Shown here in pieces: positions 39,787 through 48,627 of a stretch of 64,000 bases of DNA. Origin of the DNA: a virus. The position numbers and the translations under genes are program-made. The stretch spans positions 18,745-82,744 of IMG/VR virus record IMGVR_UViG_3300028840_002702; one strand, written 5' to 3'. The notes under the pieces were generated by a model. That model was given only the letters and a program-made list of their open reading frames with translations, searched no databases and had not been told where the DNA came from. Each line of letters opens with the position of its first letter. Within the stretch, counting starts at the first letter, position 1.

Positions 39787-40332
39787 ATGAATAAATTTAA
39801 TAACAAATATAAACAATTGATAGAAGCATTCAAAGGTCCATCAAAAGACCAAATATTAAAATATTATGGGTTAAGTACTGGTGAATTTTTACAAAAGTAC
39901 AAACTATTTTTTCGCGATATAAGTTTTAAATCATTTGATATTTACATTTCTGAAAAATTTATGGAAGAAATAATTCAAATATTGATTAAATCATATATTG
40001 GTTCTAAAAATAAGATCTGGAGTGATACACCGGATCTTACATCACTTATAATTGAACGTAATTTTGATGATGAATCAGTTATTTGGTTATATTTTGACTT
40101 TATAAATCTTAAAGAGAAAAATATAATTGATGTTTCATTAATGTATGATCCTCATAATCAAAAAGTTGATAGATCTTTATTTATACGTGGAAATCAGGTA
40201 TTTAATATTGATGGTTCTATGTTAGATGAGCAAATATTGTATAAATTTATAGATAAAATGCAAAATATAAAATTAGATGTCGAATTAGGTAATAAAATTA
40301 TACATAGTCTTAATACGGAAGATTTAAAATGA
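39787..40332 (+). CDS. EAFKxP-leader family, putative internal head protein
   Basis: MNKFNNKYKQLIEAFKGPSK. Confidence 0.7.
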   Translation: MNKFNNKYKQLIEAFKGPSKDQILKYYGLSTGEFLQKYKLFFRDISFKSFDIYISEKFMEEIIQILIKSYIGSKNKIWSDTPDLTSLIIERNFDDESVIWLYFDFINLKEKNIIDVSLMYDPHNQKVDRSLFIRGNQVFNIDGSMLDEQILYKFIDKMQNIKLDVELGNKIIHSLNTEDLK

Positions 40333-40853
40333 AATTAGAAACATTTTTAGAAGCATTCAAAGTGCCACAACATGAAGATTTAATTAAAAAGTTCGAAGTA
40401 GAAGGTGCCGTAGAAATGTTCAAACTATTTGGACAAATCAAGTGGGATCCATTTACATTTGAATTTATAGATCAGATAAAACTTGATTATGAAAAACAAC
40501 AAAATCAATCATTTTCTCTCTTAATTACACTCTTTAAAAATATGAATTATGATACTAAAATATTTGAAGCAACATTAGAAAATAAAATATATGTTCGCCC
40601 ACTATCTGATGATTTAGTGCAATTTGATGGAACTAAATTTTCTATATCAGTTGCAAATTCTGGTAAAATTATATTCAATATTGAAGCAGTCGCTCAAAAT
40701 GAAAATTCGTTATCACGCTTTTCTCAAATAGGACCATTTGAAATCTACGATGAAAAGAAAATGAATACTGCTATTAATATCATTACTTCAGATTACGCTA
40801 CACTTCATCTCATTGACGATGGCGGTCAAGGTTCAAAAATTCAACTTCCCTAA
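40329..40853 (+). CDS. EAFKxP-leader family, putative internal head protein
   Basis: MKLETFLEAFKVPQH. Confidence 0.7.
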   Translation: MKLETFLEAFKVPQHEDLIKKFEVEGAVEMFKLFGQIKWDPFTFEFIDQIKLDYEKQQNQSFSLLITLFKNMNYDTKIFEATLENKIYVRPLSDDLVQFDGTKFSISVANSGKIIFNIEAVAQNENSLSRFSQIGPFEIYDEKKMNTAINIITSDYATLHLIDDGGQGSKIQLP

Positions 40854-41063
40854 AAATATTCCATCACAAGCATGGCGGCAGACTTACGATCATGCTCACC
40901 TTAAAACATTAATTGAATATAAATTTCGCTATTATATATCTTCATGGCAGTTCGAGATCATTCCGAAAGCCATGGGGATATACACTCATCCCTTAGGGAC
41001 GGATACGATTCAAAGCCTCTTCCTATATGATCCGAAGATTCCTATATAGGGGCTTCAAAAATA

Positions 41064-41113
41064 ATCAAAAGACGATCAAAAGACGATCAAAAGACGATCA
41101 AAAGACGATCAAA
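41064..41113. repeat. 11-bp tandem repeat ATCAAAAGACG, about 4.5 copies
   Basis: Read directly; unit junctions form GATC. Confidence 0.95.
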
Positions 41114-41159
41114 CAATCATCAATCATCAATCATCTATCATATCTTATCTTATCTTATT

Positions 41160-41215
41160 ATCATATCATCAATCATATCATCAATCATATCATCAATCAT
41201 ATCATCAATCATATC
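41160..41215. repeat. 12-bp tandem repeat ATCATATCATCA, 4+ copies, within a G-free tract
   Basis: Read directly. Confidence 0.9.
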
Positions 41216-41348
41216 TCAACAAACGGGTTATAACCTCAAGAACCCTTCCCATCCCAGAAACCCTCTATTGGCATTTTTCTACGAGCAGGTTATAACCAGT
41301 TGTACCGCGCTTATTAACCTCTGAAGTATATGGCTTTTTGTTACGAGC

Positions 41349-41805
41349 CAGTTGTTCTAAACAACTTTGGAAGTAAGTAATATACCCGTTGTTACGAGCT
41401 CTAATTAGATTAAAGTAATATACCAGTTGTTCTAAACAACTTTGGAAGTAAGTAATATACCCGTTGCTACGAGCTCTAATTAGATTAAAGTAATACACCT
41501 GTTGTTCTAAACATATACATTCTACGAGGTTGTGTACGAGTTGTTACGAGCTTGAATACATTCAAGTTATTCGCACGTTGTTCTAAACAACTTTGGAAGT
41601 AAGTAATATACCCGTTGCTACGAGCTCTAATTAGATTAAAGTAATACACCTGTTGTTTCAAGCTCTAATTAGATTAAAGTAATATACCAGTTGTTCCTAA
41701 CTATTTTGGGAGTAAGTAATACACCTGTTGTTCCTAACTATTTTGGGAGTAAGTAATATACCCGTTGTTTCAAGCTCTAATTAGATTAATGTAATACACC
41801 CGTTG
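41349..41805. repeat. 37-38 bp period array: 17-bp core AAGTAATAYACCHGTTG alternating with a few types of 20-21 bp linker
   Basis: Cores start at 41375, 41413, 41450, 41488, (41527 and 41564 degenerate), 41601, 41639, 41677, 41714, 41751, 41789. Confidence 0.92.
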
Positions 41806-41894
41806 CTTGGTACTTAAAAACCTTTAAAGTATTTGACTATTAGTAGGGAAACTAAGAATCAAAGCTATTAGCAAAATACTACATCCCAGCGTTG

Positions 41895-41975
41895 TTACGA
41901 GCCTTTTGCTACGAGCCTTTGTATACGAGCCTTTTGTAACCGGCTTTTAGATACGAGCTCTTTTGAACGAGACTT
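41895..41975 (+). repeat. 14-bp period ACGAG repeat, 6 units
   Basis: ACGAG at 41897, 41911, 41925, (ACCGG 41939), 41953, 41967. Confidence 0.9.
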
Positions 41976-42023
41976 AAAGCGAAAAAAAGTTTTAAAAAAG
42001 TAGTACTTTTTAATATTTATGTA

Positions 42024-42051
42024 TTTACTTATATCAGTTTTGAATTATATT
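42024..42051 (+). promoter_or_regulatory. Early promoter TTTACT-N16-TATATT
   Basis: The same consensus recurs more than 10 times downstream. Confidence 0.8.
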
Positions 42052-42149
42052 ATATATAGGTGGAGGGTAATATATAATGGATATATTAACCCTGCTGCCG
42101 CCCTTAATTAAAACGGGCATTGCGCCCAACACCAAAAAGGAGATCTACC

Positions 42150-42581
42150 ATGATCACCAAAAACGCCGCCACTCTGGCAATCCTGACCGAAGCCCTCAAC
42201 TCCCTGGCAGTCCGTGCGAAGAAGAACAAACTCCAAGACGGTGACACTAAGTTGCTCGAATCCATCTGGCGTTGCTCCTTCACATCCCACACCAAATACG
42301 ACCGCGAAGCGGTTGGCGAGTTCGCAAAAATCATCAACTACGGCGGAACACCTCCTACCAAGCCGGAAAACGATGATCAGGAACAATACGACTACGTCGT
42401 ATCCAACGCCCATAAGTGGATCGCAAAATGGGATATCTGCCCTAAGATAACCGCTAAGCTCGAAGAAGAAGCTGCCAAGAAGAAAGCTGAGGAGCAAGCC
42501 GCGAAGGAAGCTGAGAAAGCGGCTAAGGAAGCCGAAGCCGCCGCTCAGAAGGACGAATCCTCGGAAGAGAAATCCGCCTAA
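42150..42581 (+). CDS. GC-rich early protein with EAK-rich C-terminal tail; paralog of 60430..60927
   Basis: IWRCSFTSHT..NYGG..HKWI.KW shared with the paralog; AAGGAG RBS. Confidence 0.85.
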   Translation: MITKNAATLAILTEALNSLAVRAKKNKLQDGDTKLLESIWRCSFTSHTKYDREAVGEFAKIINYGGTPPTKPENDDQEQYDYVVSNAHKWIAKWDICPKITAKLEEEAAKKKAEEQAAKEAEKAAKEAEAAAQKDESSEEKSA

Positions 42582-42595
42582 CGGATAACCACCCT

Positions 42596-42625
42596 CCCCG
42601 GACCTCCATGGTCCGGGGACCTTTT
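42596..42625 (+). terminator. GC-rich hairpin, terminator-like
   Basis: CCCCGGACC-TCCAT-GGTCCGGGG then CTTTT. Confidence 0.65.
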
Positions 42626-42777
42626 GAGTCGCATTAATTGTCCAGAGCAAATAGTTGTACAGAGAAATTCTCGCGAGCTCGCCGCAATTAGTGGATTCAA
42701 GAGGTCCTCGGATACCTTGAAATCCGCAACTTAACCAAACAACGAGCTCCTTTCAACGAGCTCAAAGGAACGAAGAA

Positions 42778-43017
42778 ATGAGCATGATCATGGCAATGGT
42801 CCCTCACAAGACAACATCTGCCGGGGTACCAATCATCCCTCGTCAGCATCTCTCAACTGAAACTCGCTTTAACGCCCGTGAACGTGGTGGTGCGGTTCTT
42901 ATCACTGGGGAGAAGATCTCCTATAAGAAAGGTGTTGGTTACCTTTATACTCACTCCTACTCCCTCCGTGCAAAATTGGACACATTCCTCCACTGGTGGG
43001 ATGGCAAAGTACTCTAA
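42778..43017 (+). CDS. Hypothetical early protein
   Basis: AAGGA RBS; 79 aa. Confidence 0.6.
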   Translation: MSMIMAMVPHKTTSAGVPIIPRQHLSTETRFNARERGGAVLITGEKISYKKGVGYLYTHSYSLRAKLDTFLHWWDGKVL

Positions 43018-43052
43018 CGAGCCTTAACGAACGAGCATAAAGGAACGAGATA

Positions 43053-43781
43053 ATGTCTCACACTTTTCTTAAAACAAATTATGCCGATCATGGCATATGT
43101 CTAGGCGTTCCCTACTCTGATGGGAGCGGTTATACCACACCGCAAGTGGTAGAATACAACTTGGCGCGCCGAATGTTCTATAACTGGCGGGTAGCAGTAT
43201 ATCGCAACAGTGATAGTCAGATGCAAGTTTTGATCAATCCTACCGATCAAGAAGAAGCATCTGGATGGTTTAATGGTTCAGAAGAAGTCGAAGGACGAAT
43301 CATCGAATATGTTGCAATAGACTGTGGATCATTTTTTGATATGGATGATGGAACATGTCTTCGAATGTCACATCCAATGGAAGAATTGATTGAGTGGTCA
43401 TGCATCCTCAACGTATTCAAAGCTAAATTCTGCCCAGACATTGAATTGGCACCTAGTGCAGGATTCATTGGAGCCAAACGGAATGCGAGAGATTACAAGG
43501 TTCGATTAATAGAAGCAATCTCCTCGGCAGACTTTGAAGGGAAGGATGAGATGATCAGTAACGAGCCCTTTCCAACGACCACTTTTGATCATCAACTTGA
43601 TCAAAATGATCGCGATAAGATCATTACTAAGATCAATGAGATCTTAAAAGATGGTGTTAAAGTTGGTTGTGATTCAACGATCGTTGGCAATACTCGACAA
43701 ATCTGGAAAGCTCTTGGAATTGATCAACATCAAGAAAACCGAGTTGTTAACCTACTGAAGCGTGTAATTGATAACATCTAA
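43053..43781 (+). CDS. Hypothetical early protein
   Basis: 242 aa; AAGGA RBS. Confidence 0.7.
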   Translation: MSHTFLKTNYADHGICLGVPYSDGSGYTTPQVVEYNLARRMFYNWRVAVYRNSDSQMQVLINPTDQEEASGWFNGSEEVEGRIIEYVAIDCGSFFDMDDGTCLRMSHPMEELIEWSCILNVFKAKFCPDIELAPSAGFIGAKRNARDYKVRLIEAISSADFEGKDEMISNEPFPTTTFDHQLDQNDRDKIITKINEILKDGVKVGCDSTIVGNTRQIWKALGIDQHQENRVVNLLKRVIDNI

Positions 43782-43792
43782 ATACGAAGATC

Positions 43793-44059
43793 ATGTCAAA
43801 CAAAGAAATTATAACATGGAATACTGGGCGCCAGTATACGAGGGAAGGTCAACGAATTGGAGCAACTATCCATGAAGGAATAGTTCAATTCTCTGATTAT
43901 GACCGAATGGTATCGGGGACCTTCCCACATATACCTGGTATTGATCTGAAAGAACAAGTCATGGATCACTACGACAATAACAAATATAGTTGTAGTATGC
44001 CATATGAACACCGACAGGAGTTGGAAGAGTATATCAAGGAACATGCACCAACCCTCTAA
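43793..44059 (+). CDS. Hypothetical early protein
   Basis: WNTGRQYT.EGQRI motif. Confidence 0.7.
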   Translation: MSNKEIITWNTGRQYTREGQRIGATIHEGIVQFSDYDRMVSGTFPHIPGIDLKEQVMDHYDNNKYSCSMPYEHRQELEEYIKEHAPTL

Positions 44060-44076
44060 CAAGAAAGGAACGAGCT

Positions 44077-44256
44077 ATGATCAACGAGCTAGAACAACAA
44101 GAACGACCACCTCAAGTAGTAAAAGAAGAACTAATCAATCTTCTCCAGGAATTCTCAGATCATCTCTTCAGTGGAAACTATGATGGTGATTGGGATGAAG
44201 ATGATATCCAAGATATCAAGAATGCAACAGGAATCCTCCAAGACGAAATTGAATAG
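44077..44256 (+). CDS. Small acidic protein (59 aa, not in the ORF track)
   Basis: MINELEQQERPPQ...DGDWDEDDIQD...; AAGGA RBS. Confidence 0.65.
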   Translation: MINELEQQERPPQVVKEELINLLQEFSDHLFSGNYDGDWDEDDIQDIKNATGILQDEIE

Positions 44257-44264
44257 GACGAGCT

Positions 44265-44564
44265 ATGACGAACGAGAAATGTAAATGTAAATGGGGCCAG
44301 TATTATTCTGAGAATGAACATGGTCAATCCGTATGGGTCTGTGACGAATGTGGTGCAGTTCGTGATAAACCAAAAGAACAAGAATTCACCTGCGCAGAAT
44401 GTAATAAGGAGATTCATGGCAGAATCAATCTAGTGGATCCAGGATCCTATGGATTTGTTAGATTCAAAAATGAACCACATGAAGAGATCTGTGATGAATG
44501 CTGGGATCGCAGAGTCAATAACCAAGGAGATCGTTACTACCTAAATAGCGAGGCAGCCTACTAA
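44265..44564 (+). CDS. Cys-rich Zn-finger protein
   Basis: CKC, CDEC, CAEC, CDEC. Confidence 0.7.
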   Translation: MTNEKCKCKWGQYYSENEHGQSVWVCDECGAVRDKPKEQEFTCAECNKEIHGRINLVDPGSYGFVRFKNEPHEEICDECWDRRVNNQGDRYYLNSEAAY

Positions 44565-44753
44565 ATGAAATATGAGAAGATTAAAATCGTTATAGGTGCA
44601 TTGTGTCTAATAGCATCTATAGGAATAATTACATATATCAGTACGAGACCAATCAACGAGCTTGGCTTGTACGAGTTTGTAATCAATTCATTCTTTCTGA
44701 TACTATGTGCAATCATAGTAGATAAATGGTTGTTTATAAGGATGCGTGACTAG
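44565..44753 (+). CDS. Small two-TM membrane protein
   Basis: Two hydrophobic segments; GAGG RBS. Confidence 0.6.
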   Translation: MKYEKIKIVIGALCLIASIGIITYISTRPINELGLYEFVINSFFLILCAIIVDKWLFIRMRD

Positions 44754-44845
44754 TGTCACTCGGTGTCCCTCGTTAGCTATCACGCGAGCGAGAACACAAT
44801 TCCCAACAACCCAAACAAACCCTCCCTAACGGGTAGACCTATGTC

Positions 44846-44873
44846 TATATAATCACGTTTCGTTAAAAGTAAA
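44846..44873 (-). promoter_or_regulatory. Leftward promoter of the TTTACT-N16 class
   Basis: Minus strand reads TTTACT-N16-TATATA, the same variant as at 20865. Confidence 0.5.
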
Positions 44874-44903
44874 CTAAGAAAAGACTGGAGTTGAAAAAAA
44901 GTT

Positions 44904-45071
44904 ATGTTCAATAAGAATGCTCTAATTATAATAGGAGTAGTACTGTTCATTTATGGTGTTATCTTTCCCCCACCTAAATCAATTGAATTCATGCGTCAAC
45001 CAATGATTACTGCATCTATTATCCTATTAGTATTAGGTAGTACATATACAAACTTGGATAAAAAAGAATGA
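44904..45071 (+). CDS. Small membrane protein (55 aa)
   Basis: MFNKNALIIIGVVLFIYGVIFP...; GGAG upstream; a 34-aa hydrophobic ORF (45068-45172) is coupled to it. Confidence 0.5.
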   Translation: MFNKNALIIIGVVLFIYGVIFPPPKSIEFMRQPMITASIILLVLGSTYTNLDKKE

Positions 45072-45354
45072 AGAACTCAACAAAAGAACTTTTAATATTC
45101 ATTGCATTATTCCTTAGTATATTATTCATGATGACTGCACCTCTATGGATGTATTGGATTCTTGGAAAGTGATCGCAAATGATCATTTTCAGTAGAAAAG
45201 TTGGAATAACCCTAGGGAAGATTTACCTCGTTGTATAAAAATGATCACTTTTTGATCATATGATCACTATTTTTGATCATATGAGAGCTCATATGTATAC
45301 TCCAGATGCTGCTCGTGAACTCTTGTGTTTGAGAATGGGCTGGGATGATCAAAG

Positions 45355-45441
45355 AGATGGGGTGAGATGGCAGTAGATGGCAGTAGATGGCAGTAGATGG
45401 CAGTAGATGGGGTGAGATGGCAGTAGATGGCAGTAGATGGG
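45355..45441. repeat. 10-bp tandem repeat AGATGG(CAGT/GGTG), 9 copies
   Basis: AGATGG every 10 bp from 45355 to 45435. Confidence 0.95.
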
Positions 45442-45770
45442 AATAAACGCCCATAGGTTTGCATATAAAACAACTTGCATGAACATACCGTGATGCATGA
45501 GAGTCTTTGATGGCCGTGTCTGGGCATCTTACCTACCCACATAGTAGTATGTATCCCTATAAGAAGTGTTGTATTAGCATATGATTACCTATTGTATATC
45601 CTATTATTATTATGTGTATGTATACTAACGAGAGTTGTACTACGAGCTTTTTTATTTCTTTTATTTCTTGCCTGATTCTATATCTTTTGAGACGAGTTTG
45701 AGGAAGTACGATTGTTGTGGGGAAAAATTGCAATTTTTCAATAAATAGTTCTATACAAATGGAGTATAAA

Positions 45771-46250
45771 ATGAAATTTAAGAAATTAATTGAGGCGTTT
45801 AACTATACTACTTCTATAGAGAAAGCTAAAGAAAAGTGGTATAAAGATTTTAATGCAATCAAGTTTAGTGACTTTGAAGTGAGGTGGGATCCGGAAAAAG
45901 ACAATATTGAATCTGTGATGAAAGCTTTATATGATGCTGATCAGTATGATGAAGATTGGGATGACCATGGACCTCCATTCTGGGAAATTGACATGCCATT
46001 ACCTTGGAATGATAATATTCTTTTTACTATTAATCCGTATGAGAATGGTAACATTTCAGTTAGTGTATCTGGGTTTAAAGGACGTGATGGTGTAAGAAGT
46101 GGTGTAGCGGTTAGTGATATTTTCTTAGGTACTGGGCGATTTATTAAAGGATCTTTTACAAACAAGGATCTAGAAGAGATGATGGATGAAGTGTTGGAAA
46201 AGATTATAGATAGAGATCTCCTACACCCTGCATCAAAAGATGACAATTAA
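45771..46250 (+). CDS. EAF-leader family, putative internal head protein
   Basis: MKFKKLIEAFNY; AATAAATA at 45740-45747; GGAG RBS. Confidence 0.7.
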   Translation: MKFKKLIEAFNYTTSIEKAKEKWYKDFNAIKFSDFEVRWDPEKDNIESVMKALYDADQYDEDWDDHGPPFWEIDMPLPWNDNILFTINPYENGNISVSVSGFKGRDGVRSGVAVSDIFLGTGRFIKGSFTNKDLEEMMDEVLEKIIDRDLLHPASKDDN

Positions 46251-46301
46251 TATGTGATATATCCAGAACTTAAATAACGAGATGTCAACTACGAGATTTT
46301 T

Positions 46302-46327
46302 GGGAGCTTTTGGCTCCCATTATTTTT
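46302..46327 (+). terminator. Rho-independent terminator
   Basis: GGGAGC-TTTTG-GCTCCC followed by a T-rich tail. Confidence 0.65.
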
Positions 46328-46350
46328 GTTTAAAAAAGTTTAAGGATAAT

Positions 46351-46378
46351 TTTACTTTGTTAATTTACATGTTATATT
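46351..46378 (+). promoter_or_regulatory. Early promoter
   Basis: TTTACT-N16-TATATT with extended -10 TG. Confidence 0.8.
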
Positions 46379-46420
46379 ATAATAACAACTTATAATGGAC
46401 TTAATAAAAGGAACATTGTT

Positions 46421-46693
46421 ATGGGCAGGTATATTGAAGGCCCCGCAAAAGGTAAAGTTAATCACATCGTTGACATGGGCGCAACTGTTATCAGTGAAGA
46501 TGGTGCACGACAAATCATGGAATCAGGTGACGAAGACAATGGTGTAATTATTGTTGTTGATAATGGACCATTTGAAGCCGCTGCGTGGGCATTTGATCTT
46601 CGTGAGTTCAAAGTATTCACTAACCCTCGTGATCACCGTCCAAAAACTTTCTTAACCATGAACCGTGAAACTATTATGAAGGTAGCTAAATAA
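46421..46693 (+). CDS. Hypothetical early protein
   Basis: VVDNGPFEAA motif; AAGGA RBS. Confidence 0.75.
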   Translation: MGRYIEGPAKGKVNHIVDMGATVISEDGARQIMESGDEDNGVIIVVDNGPFEAAAWAFDLREFKVFTNPRDHRPKTFLTMNRETIMKVAK

Positions 46694-47058
46694 TGATTAC
46701 ACGGACTAAACTATCCGAAACAGCAATTGATGAGATTGCATACTGTATTGAACGTGGTAGTAAACTTACAGCAATTAAAACATTGCGTCAACACATCAAA
46801 ATTAGTCTTTTAGATGCAAAAGAACTAATTGAAGCGTATGATTGTCCAGCTAATTATAGTAGCAATAATGGAAGTCTTACTGTAATCCGTAGTGCAGAAG
46901 ATGAAAGACTTGCATATAAATCTGCAAACCGTTTCCGTGCTGATATGGCACGGTATGAATTTGTTACACATACCTTTGAAGAAATAATGGATGACGTAAT
47001 ACGTGAATTTGGTCACGTTCGAGCACTTCAATACATCGCAAATCAAATGGAGGTTTAG
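46693..47058 (+). CDS. Protein with a ribosomal L7/L12 C-terminal-like domain
   Basis: KLTAIKTLRQHIKISLLDAKELIE versus L12 KIxxIKxxRxxxGLGLKEAKDLVE. Confidence 0.6.
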   Translation: MITRTKLSETAIDEIAYCIERGSKLTAIKTLRQHIKISLLDAKELIEAYDCPANYSSNNGSLTVIRSAEDERLAYKSANRFRADMARYEFVTHTFEEIMDDVIREFGHVRALQYIANQMEV

Positions 47059-48177
47059 ATGCCGCGACGTACACAATCGTTACTTGGTGAACTGGTTGAA
47101 GGTTCATGGGAAGAAATCCAGAATTATAACCATGCTGAATTCTTTGATTTTGCCGCCGGAACAATCGATGATTTGACCGAGGAAGAAGCATGGGATTACT
47201 GGGAAGGTGTTGGACTTACACCTCATGCAGATAATGAACATGATCTTGACTGGGAAGAAACTAAAGATCTTGTAGGAGTTTGGGAGTATGAGTAAAGAAC
47301 TTATCGGGTATCTTGCCTTTTCTAAATCAGGCATTAAGTTCATCAAACCATCTAAACAACGTAAACCGAAAACACAATACAACTTCGGTGGACGAGATGC
47401 TACTATCGAGAAATGTGGTAGTCAATGGGAAGGTGTGTTTGATGATGATCATGGTCACACTTTCATTGCTGATCGGAAACGAGATGTAATTAATGATATG
47501 AAATGTCATGTTAATGTTTCGTAAAATTTGAAGTTGGAGAAAATCAATGAATATTTTACAAAAGCAACTATTGGATAAAAAGATTGTTGGTATTCATGAG
47601 ATCGAAGGATCATGTGTAGATCAATATCATTTGATATTGAATGATGGTACTAAAATTGTTATCAGTAACGAGCATCATACTGGTTCTTTTGAAGTTCATG
47701 AACCTGGAATGATTTGCGGGGGTACTGTTAAAATTCATCGCGATGAATTTGTAAAAGGTCGTACTGAAGATTTCTTTGATCCTTGTTGTATGGTATGTCA
47801 TGAAGAAATTGAAACAGCAATTCTTTATGAAGCTGGACATGAATCTACTTACGTATGTTGTCCAATGTGTTATGAACAAACGAAGTAAGTATTAAAGAAG
47901 ATACTAAAGAGGAAATATAATGTCAGGAAAAATTGAATGGTCAAAGTCTGGATCTTATTCAACAATTCATCCTGAGAAAATCGGGAAAGTCACTGCACCA
48001 AATGGTAAACAATATCGTGCCAAACCAACACTTAATTGTTGTGACTGTGCTTTCTCTTCAATGTTTTCACCATGTAATGATCGTCAAACATTACCATGTG
48101 AGACGGGTGATTTGATTACTATTGATGGCAAAACATATCGTATGGAACGAGATACTGCATGGGAAAAGGTTACTTAA
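47059..48177 (+). CDS. Four small early ORFs (47059-47295, 47288-47524, 47547-47888, 47920-48177)
   Basis: Closely packed ORFs with RBSs; acidic or Cys-rich; no function recognised. Confidence 0.6.
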
Positions 48178-48211
48178 GAAATCTTTTGTTCATTATTTTT
48201 ATAAAAATGTT

Positions 48212-48239
48212 TTTACTTTTATTAAAATGATGTTATATT
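48212..48239 (+). promoter_or_regulatory. Early promoter
   Basis: TTTACT-N16-TATATT. Confidence 0.8.
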
Positions 48240-48315
48240 ATATTAAACCGCAAGGAATATAATAAAGGATATTAAGTGAAAGACCAAATCAAATTTTTAA
48301 ACCTCTTTAAACCAT

Positions 48316-48627
48316 GTGGAGAATATTGTGGCTAAGATTACATTAGACTTTGCTGTTGTAACTGAAGAAGAAACGATGGCTTTGTATCAAGAGTTCATTG
48401 AATATCTCTTGGATTTCGGATGTAATAATCCTGATGTACGTGCAATGACGTACGAAGAATTAAAAGAATATCATGCTACAAGAAATCCTAATTCAAACGA
48501 CTTTACACTTACTGGTCATATTGACGACATCAAACTATATCTTAAAGAGAAATACTGTGTTGGTATGACTGAAGAAGATATTAAAGAAACAATAAATTCA
48601 ATTGAAGATAGCGGAGATGTAAAATGA
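48316..48627 (+). CDS. Acidic hypothetical protein
   Basis: 103 aa; start uncertain. Confidence 0.55.
   Translation: MENIVAKITLDFAVVTEEETMALYQEFIEYLLDFGCNNPDVRAMTYEELKEYHATRNPNSNDFTLTGHIDDIKLYLKEKYCVGMTEEDIKETINSIEDSGDVK

Noticed and set aside
40813-41498. ORFs 40813..41049, 41027..41233 and 41265..41498 (minus)
   Set aside because: No clear RBS; the last two are translations of DNA repeats. The first remains possible but unsupported
41349-41805. CRISPR array or TIGR-type array
   Set aside because: The core is only 17 bp, the linkers recur rather than being unique spacers, no box C/D motifs were seen, and no cas or Nop-domain gene is recognisable in the window
42108-42650. Long antisense ORFs (also 60391..60936)
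   Set aside because: Shadow frames of the GC-rich genes; the + strand has promoter, RBS and paralog support
45245-45542. Minus-strand ORFs with HLLPSTAI repeats
   Set aside because: By-product of the 10-bp tandem repeat
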